Positions 49,501-57,928 of a stretch of DNA of 64,000 nucleotides are shown in pieces. The notes under the pieces are model-generated. The model saw nothing but the letters and a program-made list of their open reading frames with translations, did no database searches and was not told the origin of the DNA. Within the stretch, counting starts at the first letter, position 1; every line of letters starts with the position of its first letter. Position numbers and translations under genes: made by a program. Origin of the DNA: Geobacter sp. (GTDB lineage: Bacteria; Desulfobacterota; Desulfuromonadia; Geobacterales; Geobacteraceae); contig DNJC01000018.1 in assembly GCA_003490025.1 (NCBI GenBank), positions 4,358 to 68,357 on the forward strand, written 5' to 3'.

Positions 49501-52500
49501 AGTTCGAAACCGACCGGGGACGCTTCATCGGCCGCGGCCGAACCCTCGCCAATCCGATGGGAGCGGCCAGGAAGCTCGGCAACAGCGAGGGATTCGTCCT
49601 CGACCCGATCCTGAGCCTCAGACACAGCCTCACCCTGGCGCCGGGTGAGCGCGCCACCGTTTCCCTGGTACTCGCCGCCGCGGCGACACGCCAGGAGGTC
49701 CTGCTGTTGATGGACAAGTACAGCGACCCCCACGCGACCGAGCGGGCCATGGATTTCGCCTGGAGCTCGTCCCAGCACGAGCTGCAGATGCTGCGCATCC
49801 AGCCCGACGAAGCGCGCCGGTTCCAGCAGCTGGCAAGCCACCTGCTCTTTCCCAATCGCCTGCTGCGCGCGCCCGCCGAACGCCTGGAAGAAAACCGCAA
49901 GGGGCAGGCGGGGTTGTGGCCCTACGCCATTTCGGGGGACCTCCCCATCGCCCTGGTCACCGTCGGCGAGGCCCGGGAACTCGGCCTGGTCCGCCAGCTG
50001 CTCCAGGCCCACACCTACTGGCGCAGGCACGGCCTCTCCACCGACCTGGTCATCCTGAACGAGGAGGGGGGGAGCTACGAGCGCCCGCTCCAGGAACGGC
50101 TGGAACAGCTGATCCAGAACCACGCCCTTTCCGCCGCCTCCGACCGGCCGGGGGGGATCTTCCTGAAAAGCGCGGCGCAGATACCGGAGGAAGACCAGAG
50201 GCTTCTGAAGGCGGCGGCCGGCGTGGTGCTGGTGGCGGCACGCGGCACGCTCCCCCAACAGCTGGGGGTTCCGGTGGAGGCCCCGGAGCTGTCGGAAAAG
50301 CTCCCCAGGAAACGCGCTCCCCGGGAGCCCTCAGCTCCGCTTCCCTTCATGGAGCTGAACTACTTCAACAGCCTCGGGGGCTTCACCCCCGACGGCCGCG
50401 AATATGCGATCTATCTCGGCCCCGGCGACAACACCCCGGCGCCCTGGGTGAACGTCATGGCAAACCCTTCCTTCGGCACCCTGGTGAGCGAAACGGGCTC
50501 CGGCTTCACCTGGTACGGCAACAGCCAGCGCAACAGGCTGACCGGCTGGTCGAACGACCCGGTGCTGGACCCCGCGACGGAGGCCCTCTACATCCGCGAC
50601 GAGGAGAGCGGCGTCTTCTGGTCGCCGACCGCGGCGCCGATCCGCGAGGAAAGCGCCTACCGGGCCCGGCACGGGGCGGGGTACACCGTCTTCGAGCACA
50701 ACAGTAACGGCATCGAGCAGGAGCTGACCGTCTTCGTCCCCGTGAACGAGAGCGGCGGGGAGCCGGTCAAACTGCAGCGGCTGCGGCTCAAGAACGCCTC
50801 CTCCAGGAGCCGCAGGCTCTCGGTCACCTACTACGTCGAGCTGACCCTCGGCGAGAACCGCGAGACCTCCCAGATGCACGTCGTCACCGGCTGGGACCAG
50901 GAATCGCACGCGCTTTTGGCGCGAAACCGCTACCACCCCGAGTACGCGGAGCGGGTCGCCTTCGCCTCCATCACCCCCGAGGCCGATTCGTACGGCGGCG
51001 ACCGCACCGCCTTCATCGGCAGGAACCGCGGGCTTGCCAACCCGGCGGCCATGGAGCTGACCCGGCTGTCGCAACGGACCGGGGCGGGGCTCGACCCGTG
51101 CGCGGTGCTCCGGGTCACCCTGGAACTCGCTCCGGGCGAGCGGCGCGACATCTCCTGCCTGCTGGGGCAGGCCGAGAACGCGGAAAAGGCCCGGGAGCTG
51201 GTGCTCCGCTTGACGCAGGAACAGGCGCTGGAGGATGCGCTGGAAGAGACCAGGCAGTGGTGGGATGCGCTGTTGGGGACGATCGAGGTGCGCACCCCGG
51301 AACTGGCCGCCGATCTGCTGATCAACCGCTGGCTCCAGTACCAGTCGCTGAGCTGCCGCATCTGGGGGCGCTCCGCCTTCTACCAGTCGGGCGGCGCCTT
51401 CGGCTTCCGCGACCAGCTGCAGGACGTCATGGCCTTTCTCTACTCCAGGCCGGAACTGGCGCGCGAACAGATCCTCCTGGCGGCCAGCCGGCAATTCAAG
51501 GAGGGGGATGTCCAGCACTGGTGGCACGAACCCGCCGGCGCCGGGATCCGTTCGCGCATTTCCGACGACCTCCTGTGGCTCCCTTACGTGGTGGCTCAAT
51601 ACGTGCGGACCACCGGGGATCTGGACATCCTGCAGGTGGAGGTCCCGTTCCTCAGCGCGCCGGAGCTTGCGGACGACCAGCACGAGGTGTTCTCCGCGCC
51701 GGAAGTGACCCATGAGCGCGCCACGCTCTTCGAGCACTGCGCCCGCGCGGTCAGCCGGGGCCTGACGGTCGGTCCGCACGGCCTTCCCCTGATGGGGACC
51801 GGGGACTGGAACGACGGGATGAACCTGGTGGGAGCCGGGGGGAGGGGTGAGAGCGTATGGCTCGCCTGGTTTCTGTGCGATTGCCTGCTAGGGATGGCGG
51901 AACTCTCCCACCTCCTGCAGCGGCCCGAGCTGGTCCAGGGCTATCGGGAGGAGAGGGCCTCCCTGGTCGAGCGCGTGGAGAGGGCCGGCTGGGACGGGGA
52001 GTGGTATCTGCGTGGGACCTTCGACGACGGCACCACGCTCGGATCCGCGGCCAACGCGGAGGCGAGGATCGATTCGCTGCCGCAATCGTGGGCGTGGCTG
52101 TCCGGCGCCGCCGACCGGGAGCGCGCGGCAAAGGCCCTCGAGTCGGCCTGGGAGCACCTGGTCCGCGAGGATGAAGGGATGGTGCTCCTCTTCGAGCCCC
52201 CCTTCGATCAATCGGAACCCTCGCCAGGCTACATCAAGGGGTATCCCCCAGGCGTGCGGGAAAACGGCGGCCAGTACACCCACGCCTCGCTCTGGATGGC
52301 GATGGCCATGGCCCGCAAGGGGGAGGGAAACCGCGCGGCGCAGCTTCTGCGCATGCTCAACCCGATAGAGCACGCCCGCGATGCGCAAGCGGTCTGGCGC
52401 TACGGGGTGGAACCGTACGTGGTCGCGGCCGACGTCTACCGGTTGCCCGGCCGGGTAGGGCAGGGGGGATGGTCCTGGTACACCGGTTCGGCGGCCTGGA

Positions 52501-52769
52501 TGTACCGGGCCTGGGTGGAAGAGGTGCTGGGTCTCCAGGTGCGCGGGGACTCCCTGCGGATGAACCCGGTCATCCCGGCGGCGTGGGACGGCTTCACCCT
52601 TCGCTACCGGCATGGAGAAGCGGTCTACGCCGTCCAGATGGAAAACCCCGACGGCTGCGAGAGCGGAGTCGCCTGGGTGGAGATGGACGGACAGCGCGTG
52701 CCCGGGGGCGAGATCCCCCTGGAACGGGGACTGGTGAAACACCGGGTCGTGGTCCGGATGGGAACTTGA
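43587..52769 (+). CDS. ndvB: Cyclic beta-1,2-glucan synthase (Cgs/NdvB-like; GT84 + cyclisation domain + GH94)
   Basis: About 3060 aa. 'WERKRGKL', 'ITLDSDT', 'YHGKGIYD', 'SHDLIEG', 'RWIRGDWQ', 'PPDNYQ..RTSPTNIG', 'YDLLASEARL', 'GFRDQLQD', 'GDWNDGM', 'ENGGQYTH'. GTG start after AAGGA. Confidence 0.9.
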   Translation: MDVGILISYFAKQDEARKALGMLRQLRLGRTALVHRGTDGEIRIEDPLPWRRLLGVALAAIACAGIGALAALLLNGQKPFAAGGVSAYLALPLTTAAIGALAALAWLRSSRFRVEPGILRDHARWLMSGESALILQAPVDSLQGPVALLRESGDIPPALFVMHPRYEWRAESRGTAVKLAPTEIREHAQRHAREQQVDPAPEPTTELLKRLRQSRQWIRRVCADLTAASRLEQKATPAADWILDNEYILEGNARDVLLNLPRRFYRELPALATDPHRGLPCIYGLAKNLVSHTELRLDRENIQDFIESYQSVRMLSIGELWAIPQMLRIALIESIQSLAITALADLRERQLAEFWANRLIAANRRDSNQFFTILAELAKAEPTPTPYFGTQLVGLLYDEAAALAPVQSWLERAFKIPVHDLNLREQNRQTREQLSCGNAFTSLRQLALLDWRETFEKLSAVEQILRRDPAGVYPGMDFATRDRCRRTIEVLSRGSARSEVEVAEQAVKLAETSRRDSAGDERLSHVGSWLDGEGRAQLARLISCREARRYRALEWIYRHHAAAYALWIGGLSALFVGTLLGAALATGSGPKGFSPPVFFALALLLLIPASQLAIEVVNYLVTRLLPPRPLPKMDFEDAGIPDAFRTLVVVPMMLSNAQTVRAEVEKLEIRYLANKEENLLFSLFSDYSDASTLSREDDQELLQIATAALTELNERHAGERFFLFHRERTWSQSEQKFIGWERKRGKLEELNGLIDGTRLDDAPRLVYVGSAERLADIRFVITLDSDTQLPHASARRMVETLAHPLNRPRFDAAGRISGGYTIIQPRVSPTLSSTNVSTFSRLFADAVGIDPYTQAVSDVYQDLSGEGSYHGKGIYDVRAFSRVLSGRFPEAWVLSHDLIEGAYVRVGLASDIELFDEFPQGYQSYSSRAHRWIRGDWQIAGWILPRVPTPSGGKEPNPLSMLNRWKILDNLRRSLLPAASLGLLIASWLVSPTMGALASLAVGMQLLFHPLAQPFTMATTRKGLRHFALSKVLHDLSRASADAALLPHQAAVALDAIARVCYRRLVSRRGLLEWTAQATHWSASRRQPRFVGTLALGSLFSVMVGVAIWRVMPASLPQALPWLVLWLLSPLLGWLLNLRPVETMQAAPLPAADRLFLRLVARRTWRYFSAFVSADTSWLPPDNYQVSHLNSLAMRTSPTNIGLWMSSVLGARDCGYLTLNQAVDALSRTMETIGRLEFHRGHLLNWYDIGTLAPLEPRYVSGVDSGNLLGALVALEQGLEELLHFPLMDGAAFAGFHDTGSILKQVVGQERLGGFDSRILDGFLKKWEAPPERIVEQLRLLRGMKGSFRVPLVPGGAPSWAGEMEGQVEAWISLADRYLGWIEILAEKTETELAPLGQAALSAIRQDLTIAPSLTELAQGRSESIRILKEIRTASPQDSSPLAAWLDRVLDAHATAQWLSGETLGALEFLAGRVRELSAGMDMAFLYDRKRKLFAIGYNVSSDRMDGSCYDLLASEARLGSFVAIARGEVPLEHWFSMGRPYGAIGRQRVLLSWTGTMFEYLMPLLFQRSYGNSLLDKAAREAVAIQIAYGRTHRVPWGISESAFADQDLHKNYQYKAFGVPALGLKRGLDEKIVVAPYATLLALPVAPGESVENLKRLAELGMLGDFGFYESMDFSRRAQRDVASGALKRGVIVEAYMAHHQGMAFLALTNFLQGDPFPRRFHGDARVRAFEALLQERIPVLPPLHLISTRQGEPALLGVDLVAPAGTTFTTPHTDSPKSLLLDNGRYGLMLTNSGGGYSQWAGQELTRWRSDRTCDSRGTFCYLHEADPERVWSSTYHPVGGKPEGYSVEFALERAVFRRTDNGIQTETEVIVSPEDDVEVRRVTLINRSAHTRRLDLTSYVELSMAPHNADRAHPAFNKLFIQTEAVPDQEALIAYRRARSENDPPLYVAHRLTFEAGRDAAPSEKPWQFETDRGRFIGRGRTLANPMGAARKLGNSEGFVLDPILSLRHSLTLAPGERATVSLVLAAAATRQEVLLLMDKYSDPHATERAMDFAWSSSQHELQMLRIQPDEARRFQQLASHLLFPNRLLRAPAERLEENRKGQAGLWPYAISGDLPIALVTVGEARELGLVRQLLQAHTYWRRHGLSTDLVILNEEGGSYERPLQERLEQLIQNHALSAASDRPGGIFLKSAAQIPEEDQRLLKAAAGVVLVAARGTLPQQLGVPVEAPELSEKLPRKRAPREPSAPLPFMELNYFNSLGGFTPDGREYAIYLGPGDNTPAPWVNVMANPSFGTLVSETGSGFTWYGNSQRNRLTGWSNDPVLDPATEALYIRDEESGVFWSPTAAPIREESAYRARHGAGYTVFEHNSNGIEQELTVFVPVNESGGEPVKLQRLRLKNASSRSRRLSVTYYVELTLGENRETSQMHVVTGWDQESHALLARNRYHPEYAERVAFASITPEADSYGGDRTAFIGRNRGLANPAAMELTRLSQRTGAGLDPCAVLRVTLELAPGERRDISCLLGQAENAEKARELVLRLTQEQALEDALEETRQWWDALLGTIEVRTPELAADLLINRWLQYQSLSCRIWGRSAFYQSGGAFGFRDQLQDVMAFLYSRPELAREQILLAASRQFKEGDVQHWWHEPAGAGIRSRISDDLLWLPYVVAQYVRTTGDLDILQVEVPFLSAPELADDQHEVFSAPEVTHERATLFEHCARAVSRGLTVGPHGLPLMGTGDWNDGMNLVGAGGRGESVWLAWFLCDCLLGMAELSHLLQRPELVQGYREERASLVERVERAGWDGEWYLRGTFDDGTTLGSAANAEARIDSLPQSWAWLSGAADRERAAKALESAWEHLVREDEGMVLLFEPPFDQSEPSPGYIKGYPPGVRENGGQYTHASLWMAMAMARKGEGNRAAQLLRMLNPIEHARDAQAVWRYGVEPYVVAADVYRLPGRVGQGGWSWYTGSAAWMYRAWVEEVLGLQVRGDSLRMNPVIPAAWDGFTLRYRHGEAVYAVQMENPDGCESGVAWVEMDGQRVPGGEIPLERGLVKHRVVVRMGT

Positions 52770-52849
52770 TCGTCGCCAATCGGCCGATTTTTTGCTATCG
52801 TGCCTCCGGTCGCAAAGTTTCAACCGCAAGTGAACGAAAGGAGCAAACG

Positions 52850-53926
52850 TTGGCCTCTCTGGATTTCGAACAGGAAAAAAAGAACTTCAAGTCATTCTAT
52901 GAAAGTAACGGCAAGCGTATTGCCGATGCCAGGGACGCCTATATCCGCATCATCGCCTCGCTCATGAAGCAGTTCGATCCGGGCGAGGTGCCGAAGATCG
53001 AAGGCCGCATCAAGGACCAGGACGAATGCATCAGGAAATTTCATCGCAAATACCAGGGCAAACTCGAAGCTGACGAGCAACCCTACGAGATAAAGGATTT
53101 CATCTCGGACCTGATCGGCATCAGGATCGTCTGCCTCTACGAAGACCAGATCCCGGTGGTTTCGGCGCTGCTGCAAGGCCAGTTCAGGATACTGAACGTC
53201 ACCGACAAGATATCGGCCGTCGAGAGCACCGAGGATTCCTTCGGCTACAAGGGGCTGCACATGGACCTTGCCCTGAACGACGAGATGGCTTCCTTGCCGA
53301 AGTACCAGCAATACCTGGGGTGCCCCTTCGAAGTGCAGATCAGGTCCCTGATCCAGGATGCCTGGAGCATGCTGGACCACAAGATCAAATACAAGAAATC
53401 CATCCCCATCGATCTCAAGCGCAGGATCAACATCCTCTCCGCCCTGTTCGAACTGGCCGACCGGGAATTCAAGGAGATCCGCGACGCCACCACGGAGCTG
53501 ATGCAGCAGGCGACGGTGGCGCCGGTCAGCGATCCGGTCGACGAGGCGCGGGAAGCGGCGGGTCAGGCGGCAACGGCGGTCAGCGGGAAAACGGTGAACG
53601 CCTTCAACTTCATGCGCGTGGCGCGTCACTTCTTCAAGGAGTTCGAATTCGAGGCCTACAAGGTCGACGACTTCGTTCAGGACATACTGGAGCTGGACAG
53701 CGGCTTTCAGAAGTCCGATCTGCATAAATGCCTGAAAGAGAACTTGAAGACCGTCAGGGATTATCGCGAGCATGTCACGGCGGAAAATCCCGACAAGACC
53801 TTCAGCCCCTACAGCTCCATCAGGCACTGCCTGTACCTCTCCGACCCGGAGAAATTCCTGCGGATTCTGTCCAAGGGGACCAGGGAGCGCTTTGCCGGCT
53901 GGGTGAGGGCAAGGAACTCGGCGTGA
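52850..53926 (+). CDS. RelA/SpoT-family small alarmone synthetase with C-terminal extension
   Basis: 'GRIK', 'DLIGIRIV', 'GYKGLH', 'EVQIRS', 'HKIKYK'; no HD hydrolase domain; TTG start after AAGGAG. Confidence 0.85.
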   Translation: MASLDFEQEKKNFKSFYESNGKRIADARDAYIRIIASLMKQFDPGEVPKIEGRIKDQDECIRKFHRKYQGKLEADEQPYEIKDFISDLIGIRIVCLYEDQIPVVSALLQGQFRILNVTDKISAVESTEDSFGYKGLHMDLALNDEMASLPKYQQYLGCPFEVQIRSLIQDAWSMLDHKIKYKKSIPIDLKRRINILSALFELADREFKEIRDATTELMQQATVAPVSDPVDEAREAAGQAATAVSGKTVNAFNFMRVARHFFKEFEFEAYKVDDFVQDILELDSGFQKSDLHKCLKENLKTVRDYREHVTAENPDKTFSPYSSIRHCLYLSDPEKFLRILSKGTRERFAGWVRARNSA

Positions 53927-54027
53927 CGCCGCCGCGGAGAAGGGCGAATTTTAATGCTGAGCCGACGTTGTGATTGGACATCGGTGTGATAACCTTCGAA
54001 GATTAAAAATTTCCAGGGAGGTGTCGC

Positions 54028-56097
54028 ATGAAATCCGGATTCAGGATGGTCTCACGTTGGGCTTTGCTGCTGTTGGTTACTTGTCTCATCGCTGCATGCG
54101 GCGGAGGCGACGACGACACAACTGCTACCACGACGGTCAGCGGCGTAGCATCGAAGGGACCGATCAAGGGCGGGACGGTCAACGTTTATGCGGTGAACGC
54201 CAACGGCACCCGCGGCGCTCTGCTCGGCACCGCGACAACCAGCCTGACCGACGGGAGCTACCAGGTCAGTAACCTAGGTTATGACGGCAATATAATAGTC
54301 GTCGTGACGGGGGGGAGTTACGTTGACGAGGCCACCGGCGCAACGCTCACGAACCCGGGGCTGAAGGCCGCGCTCCCGAGCGCCTCCGGGGCGGTGAAGG
54401 TCGCCGTAACACCCCTGACCGATGTCGCCTTCAAGCAGATGAGTTCCGCCACCGGCGGCTTCACCACGGCCAATATAACCAGCGCCAATGCCGTGGTTTC
54501 CACGGCGTTTGGCGTTGACATCATCGGCACACAACCGGTCGATGCCACCGATCCGACCAAGGTCGCGGCTTCGAGCCAGTCCGCCATCGAGTACGGCGTG
54601 GCTCTCGCGGCGATTTCCCAGATGGTCAACAACGGCGCAGCGACCGATGTCCAGGCTGCCATTCAGCAGATCCAGACCGACCTCTCCGGGTCCAATCCGC
54701 AGCTTACGACCACAGGCCCCGCACTGGCTCAAGCGATCACCGACCTGACCACCGGCACTACGCCGACGCTGGCGCCGTCCATCACTACCGACACGATCTC
54801 CATGGACAACTCCATTGCCTTTTTCACCGACAACGAGGTGAATCCGCCGGCAAACAGCACCGGCGTTGCACAGGCGAAAGCGCTGATCAGCGATCTGCGC
54901 AACACGGTCCTGTCGGTGGTCAACTACCGCACCGGCGAGGTGAGCAGCGTCTTGACCACCCCTTTCAACACGACGGTCCAGGAGGTGGAGACCGTGCTCC
55001 TGCCGGAGCTGACCACCGCCGCAGAGCGTATCGGATGGGTCGTCACCTCCCTTGCCAGTATCGACAACCTTACCCCCGGCACGCCGTATACCTTCACCGA
55101 CCCTGTTCGCTTCCCGGGAGAGACCCTGAGGATAACGACTGCCGCGACGGGCTTCACGGCGACCGCGACGATCACAAACGCGACTGCCACCTTGCTGTCG
55201 GGTACGGTTTCTGTCAACAACCTGACCAATCCTACCAGCGGCAGCATCAACATCACCACTTTGACGACGCAGACCGGCAATGCTACGGCGAATCTCACCT
55301 ATACCGGTACTCTTTCCGGACTGTTGTTGACCAGCGTGACGCTGACGGGAAATATAACCACTCCGGTCGGCACCTTTAACTTCTCCGACAGCGCAGCCGG
55401 GCAGAGATTGAGCGCGAACTTCTCCGCAGTTCCGGGGAGCCCCGGCAGTCTCATGCTGACCAGTGCCTACTTCAAGGGCGTTGCCGCCACTGACACCGTC
55501 CGCCTGACCGGTGCCATAGATCTCCCGACACTGGTGTGGAACCAGAATATCGGGCCTCAAATCGGTAATGTGGCAATTCCGACCAGCGGCTCCATCAACG
55601 GGAAAATAGAGGCCCTCTCCGCCGGCAACGTCACCCTGACTCTCAACGGCACCCTGACCGGCGCTTTCACCAACGCTGCGACCTTTAATCCCGACATCGC
55701 CGAGAGCACGACGAATTTCCCCAACTGGAGCGCCACCTTTGACGGCACGATAGTCGCTGCCAGCGGTCTCAACATCTCGGCTTTATTGAAGGCGAGCATG
55801 CCGGCCTTCCAGACCGTCAACTTCGAGGCAAAGTACACCAGGGTTCTGGGGGACGGCAGCACAATCTTCCTGAACGTCACCGGCACCTCGAACACCGGCA
55901 CCGGCATAACCACGGCCACCATGACCAACCAGGACGGCGTACAGGTCGCGCTGAGCTTTGACGACAGCCTTGCGACCGACAGCAGGTTGAGCGGGACCAT
56001 GAAAACCAGCGGCGGGGAAACCGTCGGCACCTTCTCCAGCGTCAGCGGGGTGCCGAGGGCAACCTACTCAGACGGCTACTTCGAGACGATCTTCTAG
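54028..56097 (+). CDS. Thr-rich beta-rich lipoprotein
   Basis: Lipobox 'LIAAC-GGG', Ig/transthyretin-like 'VSGVASKGPIKGGTVNVY'; RBS GGAGG. Confidence 0.8.
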   Translation: MKSGFRMVSRWALLLLVTCLIAACGGGDDDTTATTTVSGVASKGPIKGGTVNVYAVNANGTRGALLGTATTSLTDGSYQVSNLGYDGNIIVVVTGGSYVDEATGATLTNPGLKAALPSASGAVKVAVTPLTDVAFKQMSSATGGFTTANITSANAVVSTAFGVDIIGTQPVDATDPTKVAASSQSAIEYGVALAAISQMVNNGAATDVQAAIQQIQTDLSGSNPQLTTTGPALAQAITDLTTGTTPTLAPSITTDTISMDNSIAFFTDNEVNPPANSTGVAQAKALISDLRNTVLSVVNYRTGEVSSVLTTPFNTTVQEVETVLLPELTTAAERIGWVVTSLASIDNLTPGTPYTFTDPVRFPGETLRITTAATGFTATATITNATATLLSGTVSVNNLTNPTSGSINITTLTTQTGNATANLTYTGTLSGLLLTSVTLTGNITTPVGTFNFSDSAAGQRLSANFSAVPGSPGSLMLTSAYFKGVAATDTVRLTGAIDLPTLVWNQNIGPQIGNVAIPTSGSINGKIEALSAGNVTLTLNGTLTGAFTNAATFNPDIAESTTNFPNWSATFDGTIVAASGLNISALLKASMPAFQTVNFEAKYTRVLGDGSTIFLNVTGTSNTGTGITTATMTNQDGVQVALSFDDSLATDSRLSGTMKTSGGETVGTFSSVSGVPRATYSDGYFETIF

Positions 56098-56135
56098 CAC
56101 TGTAATTGAAACAACTGGAATGGAAGGATGTTTAA

Positions 56136-57320
56136 ATGGGTTGCTCGATTCGGGGAGGCCGCAAGGCCTCCCTTTCCGTTCAAGCTGGATGGGTGTCATC
56201 TGTCGCACTCCTTGCAGGGCTTGTCTTTACATCATCGTCTGCGCTTGCAGAACCTCCACTTGCGGGACGTAACCCCGCGCGCCTTCCCTATCTCCCGGAC
56301 GGGCCATTCATAGAGACCTCTGTTTTTGCCGCGGATAACGTGCTGCCGGTGGCAAGCATCATCGACGACAGCTGGCGGGGCGATTTCACTCCGGAAAACC
56401 GCAATGCGGCGGAGTTGTACTGGAACGCTGCTGCAGGTGTTGTCGTCAACGGCTGGAGGGTGGCGGCGTTCAACCGGGCCGAGTTTTTCATCGAGAGCAA
56501 CCGCGATGCCATCGAGTTCATCTACCTGACCAAAAAGAAGCGCGACCTGGCGACCAACCGAATCTACGCGGCCGACCTGAAGGCCACCGGGTTCATCGCC
56601 AACGGAGTGGAGGTTTCGCACGGTAGAAAACTTGACCGCGTCACCCCCGGACTAAGCGCGGGTTTCACGGTGCGGCTCATGGATCCCACCTATCTGCAGG
56701 ACGGCAGCATGAGCGGCTACGTCATCCCGCTTGGCCCGCGGAGCTACGACTACAACCTCTTTCTGGATTACGCCTACAGCAAGAACATCATCTATGATCG
56801 TGAAGGAGAGCACCTGGGAGACGGGTACGGCTTCAGCGCCGATATCGGGGTGTCCTACCGCAAGGGGGGATGGCGTGCCGACGCCCTGTTGCGCGATCTG
56901 GCAGGGGCCATCTACTGGCGCTCTGCACCCTACACCACGGCCAATGCCGTGACCCCCACGACATCGACGAGCACCAACGGCTACCAGGATTTCACCCCAA
57001 GCATCAACGGTTATGAAGGCAACAAGCGGTTTCGCCAAGCCATTCCACTGAAGACCGATCTCTCCCTGGGCTATGATTATGACTGTTTGAGCGCTTCGGC
57101 TACGGTGATCCTCATTCGCGACCAGCCGAGGACCTGGTTCGAAGGGGGGTATAAGCTTAATGACAGAGTGAGGTTATCCCTTGCCTACAACCTTGATTAC
57201 TCCGCCTTGAGCTATGGGATCGCCGCATACGGCTTTGAACTTGGGCTCACAATGGACGGCACAGAAGTACGCGACGCAAACGCACTCGGCTTCCGGATGT
57301 CGTATTTATACAACTGGTGA
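56136..57320 (+). CDS. Putative outer-membrane beta-barrel protein
   Basis: Signal peptide ('SSALA'), amphipathic strands, C-terminal 'FRMSYLYNW'; start uncertain. Confidence 0.65.
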   Translation: MGCSIRGGRKASLSVQAGWVSSVALLAGLVFTSSSALAEPPLAGRNPARLPYLPDGPFIETSVFAADNVLPVASIIDDSWRGDFTPENRNAAELYWNAAAGVVVNGWRVAAFNRAEFFIESNRDAIEFIYLTKKKRDLATNRIYAADLKATGFIANGVEVSHGRKLDRVTPGLSAGFTVRLMDPTYLQDGSMSGYVIPLGPRSYDYNLFLDYAYSKNIIYDREGEHLGDGYGFSADIGVSYRKGGWRADALLRDLAGAIYWRSAPYTTANAVTPTTSTSTNGYQDFTPSINGYEGNKRFRQAIPLKTDLSLGYDYDCLSASATVILIRDQPRTWFEGGYKLNDRVRLSLAYNLDYSALSYGIAAYGFELGLTMDGTEVRDANALGFRMSYLYNW

Positions 57321-57355
57321 TCAATCCTGGCCATGCTTGAGCTTTTGAGTTTGTT

Positions 57356-57369
57356 GTCTCTGGGCGCCA
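57356..57369 (+). mobile_element. Degenerate second tRNA-Phe 3' end (possible att remnant)
   Basis: GTCTCTGGGCGCCA versus GTCTCTGG-CACCA at 37888-37900, followed by an A-tract and a terminator hairpin. Confidence 0.45.
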
Positions 57370-57380
57370 CAAAAAATTGA

Positions 57381-57409
57381 GGGGTCAGCTGTTGCTAGCT
57401 GATCCCTTT
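57381..57409 (+). terminator. Hairpin/terminator
   Basis: GGGGTCAGCT-GTTGCT-AGCTGATCCC-TTT. Confidence 0.7.
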
Positions 57410-57484
57410 CTCTTTATCATGGCCTGATTCTGTGATACCGTTCTACCTGCCTCAATTCCTGCACTTAGATCGTGTCAATTCCAG

Positions 57485-57928
57485 ATGGAGGAGTCGGTGC
57501 ATCTCAATGCCGATCATTTCGAGCGTTGCATCAAAACTCTGGAGAGTTCGCTTGTCCTTCTCTACGGCGCGGATCCGGAGAGCATTGACTATGAGATATT
57601 CCGTAACGCCGTGGTCAAGGGATTCGAACTGGCCCTTGAGACTGGCGACAAGCTTTTGCGCAAGGCGCTCAAGGCTTACAGCGGGAGTCCTCGCGAGGTG
57701 GATGGTCTTACCTTCAAGGATGTTCTGCGGCATGCCGCCAAGCATGACCTCATGGACACCGCGGCCGTTGAGCGATGGTTCGTCTATCGCGATAATCGAA
57801 ACAGTACCGCCCATGACTATGGCGTCGGGTTTGCCGAGGATACCCTCAAACTGCTTCCAGGGTTTGTTGCCGATGCTTGGGCCCTGGAAGTCGTGCTCCG
57901 AGAGAAACTGGGGCGCTCCGATGCTTGA
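57485..57928 (+). CDS. HEPN protein (HI0074-like nucleotidyltransferase substrate-binding protein)
   Basis: 'VVKGFELALE..KLL', RX4H motif 'RNSTAH'. Confidence 0.88.
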   Translation: MEESVHLNADHFERCIKTLESSLVLLYGADPESIDYEIFRNAVVKGFELALETGDKLLRKALKAYSGSPREVDGLTFKDVLRHAAKHDLMDTAAVERWFVYRDNRNSTAHDYGVGFAEDTLKLLPGFVADAWALEVVLREKLGRSDA

